64,000 nt of DNA from Phoronis australis (Eukaryota; Animalia; Phoronida): contig NMRA01000905.1 in assembly GCA_002633005.1 (NCBI GenBank), positions 38,822 through 102,821 on the forward strand, read 5' to 3'. This document shows, piece by piece, positions 52,952 through 64,000 of this stretch. Under the pieces are notes generated by a model that saw only the letters and a program-made list of their open reading frames with translations, did no database searches and was not told the DNA's origin. The position numbers and the translations under genes are program-made. Position 1 is the stretch's first letter; every line of letters starts with the position of its first letter.

Positions 52952-54199
52952 TTTTATCACAAATTTATTAGAAGAAACGTAACCCTGCATTCAGCATGAT
53001 ACCTTATCCGTAACACTACGATCGCCGCAATTTGGTCATGTTTACTTTTCATGTTTCGAACCTACGGTAGTTTTCCGGGAAAAAAAAACTTGTATCCTTT
53101 CGTCAGACACGTGAATTTTTGCATGTGGATTCTCTATTAAGGTATACTCTCTCAAGTGAATTGAAACAAATTTCTTCTCAGACTTGCCGTTTTTGAGTTA
53201 TTTGCCTTTCAATTTCAAAAAATGCGAAAGTTGAAAGTTTTCGAAAAATTTGTAAAATTTTGTGAAACTAATTTTTTTATGATAGAGTTTTGAACGGGCT
53301 TTAGAAGATGTTTTCCGTTTTTTTCTACGACATCTTGTTTTTTAATTATCGGGATTTTCTGATGACGCTGTTTCTTTGTTGACTGAATTTTGTTGCACTT
53401 TTGTTGGTTTACCTTCTATTGAACAAGACTATATTTCTTATTGATTTCTGACATCTTCATTCGTCATATGATTGTTATCATCATGTTCATCATAGCCGCC
53501 ATCATTATCATCATCATTGTCATCATCATCCCCATTCCCATTTATCTTTTCGGTCAATTTTGCCAAGTGTCGCTCCTCCGAGCACTTCCATTTTCAATTA
53601 TCGAGCAGTTGAAATTTGATGTAGGCAAAAGTTTGTACAACAGTTGAAAGTAATATTTCCTGTTGACCTACAAGTCTCGTAGCACACTAACAAACTGCAT
53701 AGTCAAGTCTCAGTCTCACTGGTGTGCAGGCCTTTATCCAGGATTTTGAAAATAGGGTGTCCAAAATGGGGTTCCCAATATTCCAGGGCGTCAATGATTC
53801 CAATGCGTAAGCCCCCACCCCCAGCAATACCCCCAAACACACAGATTTTTTTACAAAAATATGCGTAGATCAAGGTTTTTACATCTAGCAACAATGCATA
53901 TACTTTGTATATACATTGTATATTTCTTCCTGCTTTGAAAAAAGAGCCCCCACTGTGAGCCTTCAGAGGCTTCCTAGTATTCATTACAATGTGTGAGTCC
54001 AAACTTGAAAGGTTCCTATTGACAGTGGGCGTCTAAATGATACATTGGGCGTCCTTGCCAGGGCCTCCAGATTAGTGCTAGGGCGTCCATTTGGACGCCC
54101 AGGAGGTACGNAAGACGCGGATGAATGCTAGATATAAAAAATAAATCTAATGTTGCTAACAACGAAACGCGGATACAACGGACATAGTATTTTGTGGAA

Positions 54200-55190
54200 T
54201 TTTTAAATCAAACTAATGACGGGAATGCAAATTTTCTGGGCCAAATTGAAGAAGAAAATAAGAAGTAGGCCGCTTTCTGTGGTGATTGTATTGATGACCT
54301 AGCGCATGAACTAAATGGTCCATTACAAGCGAGTAGATGAAAGATGCAATTAACCTCATAAAAACTAACAACACATTGGGCATTTACATCGACCCAGGAG
54401 AGCTCATTAAATTGAGCAAGCCATTAATAATGCCAATTGTTGTCAAACTTTTCAACAAAACATTAAGTCATAAATACGTGTCCAAAAGATGTAATCTAAT
54501 GTCCTCTTGTATAAAAAGGAAATCCAAACAATGGTAATGATTATTGAGGTATATCCTTATTAAGCATTTTAAGTAACGTTTTCTGAATTATTATAGTTGA
54601 AAGAATTGTGTCCAAGCCAAATGCCTAGCTGAAGAGCACGCCAGTTGCACAAAGGTTTGCAGTTCTGTTGACCTCATTATCGCTCTCCATGCTCCCATTC
54701 AAATGTATTTAAGGAAAAGAAAAGGTAGGTGTTATCTAACAGTTTTTAAAAAGCATACGACCGTGGTCAGCATACGCTTTTGTTTCGTTGGTAAATTAGA
54801 AATGGTAGTCGTTGAAATGGTTAAAAGGTTCTACAGTTATTATAACAACTTGAATCATTGTTAGGAAAAAGGATGCAAACATGTTTTCCTATCAATGTTG
54901 ATAGGAAAACATGGGCCAGAAATGTAAAAGAACTGTTGCATGATACGAGTGTTTGCTTATGTTTGGCTAAAACACAAGGTTGCCAACACGGAAACGTTTA
55001 TAAATATTCGCTCAAAGAGTCAGGGATTGTGCCTTTCAAGAATGGTAGAACAATGAGTCAAAAAGCGAGATATTGGTTATTCTTGCTGAATGGTATCAAT
55101 ACTTTTGTACAAGTATCACTACATTTACTATAGCGTTTTCTTTGTGTTAAGTACCGCACAACTCATACTGGCTGTCGTTTTATTAGTCAT
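54200..55190 (+). pseudogene. Decayed non-LTR retrotransposon (LINE) reverse transcriptase fragment
   Basis: Frameshifted remnants MKDAINLIKTNN..PGELIK..IVVKLFNKTL, LYKK, DYxGISLLS and FKKAYDR, typical of CR1/L2/RTE-type RT N-terminal motifs. Confidence 0.75.
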
Positions 55191-55195
55191 CCTAG

Positions 55196-55716
55196 CAGTG
55201 GCAGATCTACGGGGGGTTCAGGGGGTTTAAACCCCCCCTCGGGCCAGGACCCAAAAATTAAAAAAAAAAACAAAAGCGTCTCCAGCAAAACAAAAACGGC
55301 ACCGCCAGCGTGTGTAAACCCCAAGTAAACCAACTTGGAAAAAATTGAGGGGGGGGTTCACTCTGAAAATATAGTTTTTTGCATTGCTGAGTCTTTGTGG
55401 CTCATCGGCAAAACGCGCGGGGATTTATTGTGCGCGCGCTTCCGTCGACACTTCTGAAGTAGCCAAGCATTTTTTTCACCCCTGAAAGAGCAGTTGTATA
55501 GCTGATTTCTTTAGGTAACTAGCTTCTTTACTCTAAGACATATTTTGATTTAATTGGTGGAAATACTGCGGTGCCGCAACCCTGATATTCAGGCGAATTG
55601 ACGTGCAACGTTTTCACCTCATCTGTCATGCCGTGTCATTTTATTACACTCCACACGTTTTTAACTGATGTATAGTAAAGTTGTCTTGCGCAATGTCATA
55701 CAGTGTACATGTACAT
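55196..55716 (+). mobile_element. Left part of a CAGTGGC(A/G)GATCTA-type MITE, interrupted
   Basis: CAGTGGCAGATCTACGGGGGGTTCAGGGGG start, similar to 36110; no right TIR in the window. Confidence 0.55.
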
Positions 55717-58439
55717 ACCGTAATCATTCGGGTTAACGCCTTGGGCGGTTAAATTGGCGAATCCAAAAAATCGGGGGAGGGCGGTTAACCGAGCAGTGGG
55801 CGGTTAAATCGAAAATCCACCTAAAGTAGAGGATGGGCGGTTAACCGAACATGGGCGCTTATTACGACAGACAACCGCCCTGGGCGGTTAATCTTACCTG
55901 ACGATCTAAATCCTGACACGACAATCATACTCGGAACGCGTAGCCCTTTTCAAAGAGCTTTATCGTCACGTTGCCAAATGACTGTGAAAACATCATAACA
56001 GCGGGTGATCCCAACAAAGGCTCTCTTGCCCTCAGATTAGTCATTCACTATTAAATTTACAGAATTGCTGAGTAATAGCCCCGTGCCGTCCTGCGGTGCG
56101 CAGACGACCAGTGACCTCGCAGCCTCCACTAGAATAAAAACTGTTTCATGATGTGACCCTGCTTAGTGCGCGCGTGCAAGCTTCACGTGGTGCAGAGGTC
56201 AGACTTCAAATTTATGGTTACAGTCTCGTACTATATGTAGTTGTCAAGTTCTGACTCAGAGAGCAGTTTTAAAATAGGTTGTAATAAAAGTTTGAAAAAC
56301 TTAACTCTGTTGTTTTTTGTGTTTGGGATGTTATAGTCGACACTCCGTGACTCAATGATATTTTCAGCGTATGGTTCTGAGACTAGCTGTCTTATCTCGA
56401 CAGCCCGGCATTGCTCTCTTGCCGTTGCGCCAAACATGCTATGCAAAGAAGTAAGACATGGATCGGGGGTGGTCGAGCCAGTCGTCGATCAAGAATAAAA
56501 TTTCAAGCAACTGTATAAATATGTTACAAAATGTCAGAAAACAGCAATGTTTCAATTCATTATTCTAAACGATCACCTTACCAAACTTCGTGGTGGAAAA
56601 ACATTGATGCAAGATGTCCAGATTATCCTATTAATATCGCACTGCGGCACTGTTCGGTCCCGCTGTTATCACGCAATGTCTCAGTCGGCTGACAATCGTG
56701 ACTTGGAAATGCCGTCAAGTAATATAACGGCCTCTTTCAATATGCATCTCGTTTTTATGGCCAAAGATAGTGGGAGTATTCAGCACGCACGTAGGGCCTA
56801 CGTGTGAGTCACCTGTCAATCACATGTTGGTGTCAAGGTAACGTGCACTCCAAAGTGTGGGAACTTGCGCACGTGCACCACTACAAATCAGTCACACATA
56901 GCGACAGTCCGAAGTAACAAAAACGGGCGTGAATATGTGCTTTTAGCTGTTCATACAAAAGACCCAGATCTTCACGATATTCCTCCGTTGCCAATGTTCC
57001 CCAAAACTGCGATGTCTAGTCTATTGCCATATTTCCGGGCTCGATGCTCCCTAAGCCCATCCCTGTAACTAGCTGTGTGAATCTCCTATCCACTATCGTC
57101 AAGCAGTCTACGTCGTAGATATTTTAGACTCGAATGGTAAGAATTTTTGTTCAGGCTGAAAAAATTCCTCCGTTGCCAGTGTTCCCCAAAACTGCGATGT
57201 CAAGTCTATTCCCATATTTCCCGGCTCGATGCTCCCTAACCCCATCCCATCTCCTATCCACTATCGTCAAGCAGTCTACGTCGTAGATATTTCAGACTCG
57301 AATGGTAAGAATTTTTGTTCAGACTGAAAATGGCCAATGTATGAACAAAACTATTCCGGATGGCTAAAAAGGGGATGTGGAAACGATAATTCACACAGTC
57401 ACGCTTACGTGGGAGCTGACGCAAGAAATAGTAAAGAACAGCCAGCGACATTAGTTGAATCTGCTAACCAGTTTGACTGAGATGCAATAAGCGAAAAACA
57501 AAATTTGACTAGCCGTATTTTATTACTTCAAGATCATACACAAACATACATTATTGCCAACGTTTGAATTCAGAAATCGACAGGCAGCAACGAAATCGGT
57601 AACCCACCTCCCGTTCAGTAACGCTAGGACCTCGCTAAAAAGCAAGACTTCGCGAGATTACGTGAGATATTACCGTGAATTTTAAAAGAGAGCATGTGAC
57701 TTTGACTAGGTTTTAGCTAGGTCCTAGCGTAGGTTCTAGCGTCTACTGAACGCACGCCCAGTAAGGCACTTGTACTGTCCCTTCGGTCGCCCCACATCCT
57801 CTATAACCCGGCAGTTATATTCATCAAAATATTGAGAATTTGACATCTTTCCGTGAGTTGTTCAAAATATGAGCGCTTCCCACCTCAATAGAATTTGGAG
57901 GGTTGGCGAAACCATTGTCACATTTCTCTGGCCTGATTTTTTCGAATATATGTTTTATCTAGTGCACTGCAGATGGAAACTCAGTGCGGCAGACAAAGTC
58001 GCTGAAAGCGGAGATTTTGACGCCGGCGGCGTTCTTAAACTTTGCAAACAAGGGAAGAAAATAAAGTGACAAAAAGGTTCAAGTATTTTGAAACATGGTC
58101 AGAAAATAACGTGACAAAAACTTCAAGTATTATATTTTGAACTAAGTACATGACCCAGGACAATAACTCGTTACTAGTATTATAATTCACATTTTCAAGA
58201 AACCGCCCTCTCAGAGGCCCTCAAGGCACTCATTGTGATCATCAATCTTTATCTAAAAGTCGGGGAATTGCGCATTTCCTTAGCACGCTAAATCTTCAAT
58301 CTTTAAAAGTCGAGGATGGGCGCTTAAAGGAGAGGTGGGTGCTTAACGGAGAGGTGAGCGCTTAACTGGAAATCTTCAAAAATCGCAGAGGGGCGCTTAA
58401 CCAAGCAGTGGGCGCTTAAATCAGAAATCCACTTAAAGT
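55717..58439. mobile_element. TA-CCGTA-ended non-autonomous element with GGGCG(G/C)TTAA subterminal repeats, interrupted at 58440
   Basis: TACCGTAATCATTCGGGTTAACGCC start; repeat blocks at 55740-55895 and 58310-58439; internal ~186-bp direct duplication at 56980-57330. Confidence 0.6.
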
Positions 58440-59854
58440 TAGGGACGTGACAAAAAATTTCAAATTCTTATTTAATATTTAAAAATGCATTGATTTAAAA
58501 AAACATCAAAAACAGAGTCAAACAAAAAAAAATTAACAAAATCCATCAAGCCGTTGACTTTTTATGAACGTTTGAAGAGCGATAATTAGCCCTTTTTTTT
58601 AGTCCTCTGAATACATAGGAGTAAATGCGCATTCATGTGACCCAAAATTAGTTTTTTCACAATAACTTTCTTAATACTTTAAAGAACAGCGTGAAAATTT
58701 CAGGATACGACAATCCTTGTATTTACTTAGTGAGAGACATTTTTAAGACAACAAAAATTCCAAATTCCAAAATGGCGGACAATATGGACACCATTATAAT
58801 TGCAAAAGCGTCTTATTTTTACGTTAAAAAACTATATGGTGTAATATACCATTAACAAACTATATGGTGTAATATATCAAATAATAGGTCTTTTAATTGC
58901 TTTTTTGACAAGAATGATTAAAAATTTTTTTAAAATATATAGGTAATATTTTCGACATTTCCGCAATAGCTCCCAAAATTACTGCATTAACGACCACCAG
59001 AAGAGATTGATTCAACAACCATGATGTACATGTAAGATATGAAATTAAAGGTGATTTTATAAACTGCAAGGATATCAAATAAGTGTTATGCATACATGTT
59101 TATTTTGTACAAAATGGCTGCCAAGATGGCTACCATCAATGAAACAAAAGTAGTTAGTAATACAATTTTACAAGACAAATGAAATCAAAATGAAATTCGT
59201 TCAACTTTAGAACAAACTTGGGTTCGATCTGCATCAAGACAACCCAGAGGTTCAAAACTACATCTGTAACAAATACAAGGGTGCACAGAGTGCATCACAT
59301 AGAGCACAGATACAAGGGATGCTCAATATTTTAATCCCACTACGGGGAGCAATGCGAATAGAGCAAATGAACTCGAAACTTTAAAAATTCCCACTAGGTG
59401 ACGCAGAATACATCAAATATGTCTGAAAATGGCAAGGCATTGTAGTCTCTTTAATAGAAACCTAACTACTAAGTTTCATGAAAATCCATCTATGAACTCT
59501 GAAGATACACAGGAAAACCTACAAAAAGTAACCTCTGGGGGGAACACCAATTGTTGAATTGGTCTAGAACTCCTCATCCTATGTTGTCAGCAACCTCCAA
59601 AATAAACAGCTGCCAACTTCCAAAAAGTTCTTGCAAAAAGCAAATTCTCAACTAGGGGGCGCCAGAGTAGTCAAACCCATTCGAACGTCAGCTGCAGTCT
59701 CCTCAGTAGGAACACACCTGCCAATTTTCAGAATGATTCTTTAAGTGGTTTGGCAGATAGAAAAGCAGACACTAACAAATTGACTTGAAAATTCAAAATA
59801 TGGCCATATAAATGTGTGGGTGTATTATAACAACGAGGATAACATAACTCCAAA

Positions 59855-61922
59855 CTAGCAAAAGTACAAGTCATTTGAGATGAAGTCCGCTGCCAGCTCG
59901 TACTTGGGCACATCATAGTCAACAGCCTCCTCTTCACTTTCACAGCTATCTTTCCAATAACTAACACAATAAACCTCCTTCTGTTTTATCAACTTCATAA
60001 CTTTACCATTGTATATGCTTCTTTCCCCTTCATCGAGCCACACATGTAAAATATTTCTGCCAACTATCAGTCCTTCCATAATATCTTTCACAGATTCTCT
60101 AACAGACAATTCATACGCACCAAGATCTTTGTCTACATTGAATGTTGCACTCTTCAATCTCTTTTCTAACTTTCTACGACTTTGCATTTCCCTTTTCCTT
60201 GCTTTTTCCTGCATTCTTTTTTTCAACTCCCTAGTTACTTCCGTTTTCCAGCTTCTTTTTGAATCACGCTGCTTTCGAGCAATGTTAATACACATTCCGA
60301 CGAGATCTTCACGACTTTTCTGATTCATGCCGTCCAGCTTCATTACAACTTTGTTTTTTTTAGCTCTAATTTTGGAGGAATGATAATCAAGTGTTGCACT
60401 AGGTGCCTTGCTCTGAGCAGCGCTAAACATGCCCATGACTTCCTCACTGTCCATATTATGCAGGCGTGCGGAAGAAATAACTTCTTGAAAATCTGCGTCT
60501 GTTTTCAGACTGAAGTAGCGAGTGTATTGTCGTTCCAGCACAGACACAATGCCATCTAGACAGGACACCATCATCTTGTTAAACAAAGCCAGGTTGGATG
60601 GGACACTTTGGAGGCAAGCCAGACGTTCATCATGAGTCAAAACTTCACCAAATACGTCGTGAGCTGTGGTGAGAGTACGACCAGGGCTAGCTTTCAATTC
60701 ACTGCAGCAGGTGATGGCAGTCTTGACAAACCCGAAAGCTTCAACATGGTTCACATTGCCCGCTGGCTTGTAGTAGCGTTTCATCCATGGACCAGACAGC
60801 AAAACACAAACCAGGCCAAGCACCTGAAATTCAATTCGGGCAATTTCTGTGCCAAAATCTGCGGCCAACGCTTTCTGCAAAGTAGCACAATTAAGTAAAG
60901 ATTCATTTAAAAACTTCTGGAAAACATCATAATACTGATAATATTTAGCAGAAATATCAAACAGGATGTGGAGCCGATTTCCTCGATATCGTGGAATGAA
61001 AGTGCTGCCAAGCTGGGAGTCATTAAGCCACAACTTAAAAGCTTTAGGATCTCCCTTACCATCTTTGTATCTCACTGTGTTCATGGCCCATATGATATTA
61101 GCTGCCATGCATTCACGGCCAAAAACTTTGCCTTGACCCTGTTCTTGTGCCTTAAGGTTGCCCCTGCACGTACTCGCAATGGTATCCAAGGGATGAAGGT
61201 TGCAGTTTAGCTCATTTAGCGTTTTACCCCATTCTGACTCCAACAAAGAAATCGCTGCATGGTTCACAGGTGCTCGATCAGACATGGTATTGTCAATGTT
61301 CTTTATAATTTGCAAACGACAATCTTCGAATGGTAAATTATACACAGAAGAATAAACAGATGCAATGTGTCGTATGGTGTTATTAACATGCCCTGCGTAG
61401 TCTGCAGCTGTTCCACCAGGTAGCTCATCTACAGACATCACTAGAGTTTCTTCCTTTGTGGTGACATGTACACTGTTTATGTGCACCCCTTCCTGAGTGG
61501 TTGCATCAAAACCCACCGTAAGGTGGGGTACGGTCATCAGGGTCTCCCCTACAAGAAGGTCGGACAAAGCACCTAGTTCACGTGTCATGAGCTCCACTGT
61601 GTTCCGGTGAGGTAAGGAGTCCACTTGAACACCAACTCGGTTCAGGATGCTACCGATTAAAACAGATGCATTGTTAGTTGGTACATTATTCACAATTCCA
61701 TCGTAGAACATAAGTCTCAGTTCAGTGGGATATGACTTTGACTTCTGAAATGAGGTCCCAACATCACTTTCTTTTTGAGCTTTCACTATGTCTTCTAATT
61801 CTTCAACATTCTCTTGGAGCTGCTCATTTCTCTGTTGGAGTTCAGCGACGCGCTGGTCATTTGCCCTGAGTGATGGATCAGGAGTGTGACTTCTTGAGCG
61901 TTGGCTCCTTAATTTGTAATAC
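59855..61922 (-). CDS. DDE transposase, last exon (catalytic core plus C-terminal Spin/Ssty Tudor-like domain)
   Basis: tttcag|G TAT TAC; motifs VGFDATT (D1), TMSDRA (D2), CNLH (CxxH) and NMDSEEVMG (E); C-terminus LIVGRNILHVW...YNGKV...YCVSY...ELAADFISNDL. Confidence 0.85.
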
Positions 61923-62147
61923 CTGAAATACATAAATATTGATAAGTTCCTTTCGTAATCACTTTTTAACACAAAAAATTAAAAAGCACACTTTTGAATG
62001 AGAAACATTTGAGCTTTTAGAGATTTATATTTGTATAAGCAATGACCCTGGTTTTCTAATGTATCATTACAAGATATGCAAATACAAAGTTCACTTTATT
62101 TTGCTTACATTCAAAGTATAACTTTCACTCAAACAACATGTACAAAC

Positions 62148-62893
62148 CTCTTCATTTTACGGTGGGTATTTCTCAGCCTTGCCAATTCAGCCTGAAGTTT
62201 CCCACACTGACTTTGTCGTAGTTCACTGATTACTTTATTCTTTTGTTCAATGGTATGTTTCTGGCGCTTTATCTGCTGTGTCAAATGCTTGATCTGGCAT
62301 GCTTTTGTAGTCTTCAGTGAAGACTTGAGATCACGAATGGTTTTCTTGTACTTAAGCTTTTCAGCAGACTTTTCCTTTGAAACATACTGTAGCCGTCTCT
62401 TTAGTTTTTGTTTCCTAGGTGTTAAGACTTCTGGCTTAGAGGATCTTGTTGAGGTGGATGGCTCTGATTCAGCTGAAGGGCCAGCTTCAAGCTCTGGTTG
62501 TGTCAGTTCAGGAGATTCAGGTTCATGGTGAGGGTCAGCAACCGCGCAAGACACAGGTTCTTGACTGGGTTCAGGAACGAGAGGAAACAACTCTTCGCAC
62601 ACTTCTTTAAACTGGGACACGATTCTTTCATTTGAAAGTGATTGATACTTCTTTAATGACTTATTCACCAGCGACTTAATGTTGTTTGTAGTAATTTTCC
62701 AATTACCAATAAGTTCACGTTTTAAAGTTAACACTGTCTCTGTCAGGGATTTGTTGCACTGCAGGAACACATAGAGGGCATGACCATTTTTCATGTTTTC
62801 ACTAGGAACAGAGCTGAAGTTCTCTTGAAGGAACTGTCTCGCTTTGCCAGGTTGAAATGGAGCTGACAACTTTCTTCTTTTTTTTGGAGGCAT
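62148..62893 (-). CDS. DDE transposase, first coding exon; spliced CDS 2814 nt, 937 aa
   Basis: ttttcag|A ATG CCT CCA AAA; MPPKKRRKL NLS, acidic linker, basic coiled coil; AG|gtttgt phase 2 joins 61922; upstream non-coding exon donor AAAG|gtaagt at 63972. Confidence 0.82.
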
Positions 62894-64000
62894 TCTGAAA
62901 ATATAAAAAAGACATGTAAGAAAATTAAGATACCAATGTACAGTGTCATAATATATTTGTTGTACACGAAATGATTCAGACTGCCTTGTCCTCATTACAA
63001 ACCCTCAAACTAAAGTTTGGAATTTTTCACACTGATGTGCAACACAGTGAAAAACATGCTACTTAAATGAGCAACACATAACAGAAAAAATATCATTTTC
63101 GATGAGGCGTTTAGTGTTCACAAAATGCATTGATTTATCATTTTTCAAAAAATTAAACAGTTCCTTTCCTTAATAAGTGTAATTCAAAAACATGGAAACT
63201 ATAAATGTAAAACTTCTCCAGTTGGGGGCAAAATATGTCACTCAAGTGTAATTATATTTTGTCAAATACCTCATTAACTTTAAGGAATCAATATTCACTT
63301 TGATGTACCCACTCAATGATTTTCCAAGCACTAGCAACAAACTTAACTTTTGAAAGAATGACAATATCAGCAACTATTCTTGTCCCAAATTGAATAATTT
63401 TTTAAACATGTTTGATTAGAAAATCATTACATGTTATTCAATGAAAAAATCAACCAAAAACACTACTGTCATATGGAATTGACAAAGTGTGGGTTTATTT
63501 CCTAAAAAACAGTAAAACATGGCAATATTGTGAAGAAAACCTGGCCAAAAATCACACTTGAAACATCAAAGAATTCGGGTTTTGAGCCAATCAAATGTCT
63601 TGGATTTGGTCACGTGACCAAACTTCCCCGGACAAAGACTACCTCTACTAAGTCTTACTAACTCGTCGATATACAAAAAATATCAATGAAAATATATGGA
63701 ACGTCATCCAAGTTGATCACTTCCGCTATTAATTTACATAAAATAGTCATTCTACCAAATTTAATGGCAATTGTTAACCATGAAGGCATGAAGTGCCATG
63801 CTGACACTGGTCTGTTATGGCTGGTCGGCGAGAACGCCTGCCTCGGGTCTTAACTTTCACGGAGTTAGCAGATCATGATACGGTGATTTGATTGAAATGA
63901 AATTTGGTGAGCAGTTGCAAGAGATATGAAAAAAGAATAAAGAACACATTTCATAAGAGAAAATAACTTACCTTTCAAAATACAAGCAGTCAAACCGGAG

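Larger units (their letters stand above)
58440..64000 (-). mobile_element. Putative autonomous hAT-like DNA transposon; other end lies beyond the window
   Basis: The host repeat (cf. 55811 aatccacctaaagtagagg) breaks at aatccacttaaagt and is followed by TAGGGACGTGAC; contains an intact transposase gene. Confidence 0.65.

Noticed and set aside
53727-54123. Possible MITE starting CAGGCCTTTATCCAGG
   Set aside because: Right end is degenerate, contains an N at 54111, and no TSD could be matched
60009-62531. Plus-strand ORFs opposite the transposase
   Set aside because: Antisense shadows of the real coding sequence

Overview
This is AT-rich, intron-containing animal (invertebrate, probably bilaterian) genomic DNA, not prokaryotic, and most listed ORFs are spurious. 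Manual splicing supports five protein-coding loci. (1) The last four exons of a class IA PI3K catalytic subunit (+, to 3500). (2) A complete 5-exon NUS1/NgBR gene (-, 24103->7524, 252 aa). (3) A head-to-head SLC49A4/DIRC2-like lysosomal MFS transporter (+, from 29543) whose 3' half is not found in the window. (4) An unrecognised single-pass receptor on the opposite strand (-, 48476->43493), apparently nested in that transporter's intron. It has a SUEL-lectin-like domain, a CUB-like domain, an RRKR furin-type site, a TM segment and a tail with 18 tyrosines. (5) An intact spliced 937-aa hAT-like DDE transposase (-, 62893->59855) with an SV40-type NLS and a C-terminal Spindlin(Spin/Ssty)-like Tudor module. 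Introns are packed with non-autonomous DNA transposons, several with unusual 5- or 6-bp TSDs, plus foldback elements, a dispersed repeat family carrying CTCF-like motifs, a 36-bp minisatellite and a decayed LINE RT. All domain and family calls are by eye and need HMM or structure confirmation.
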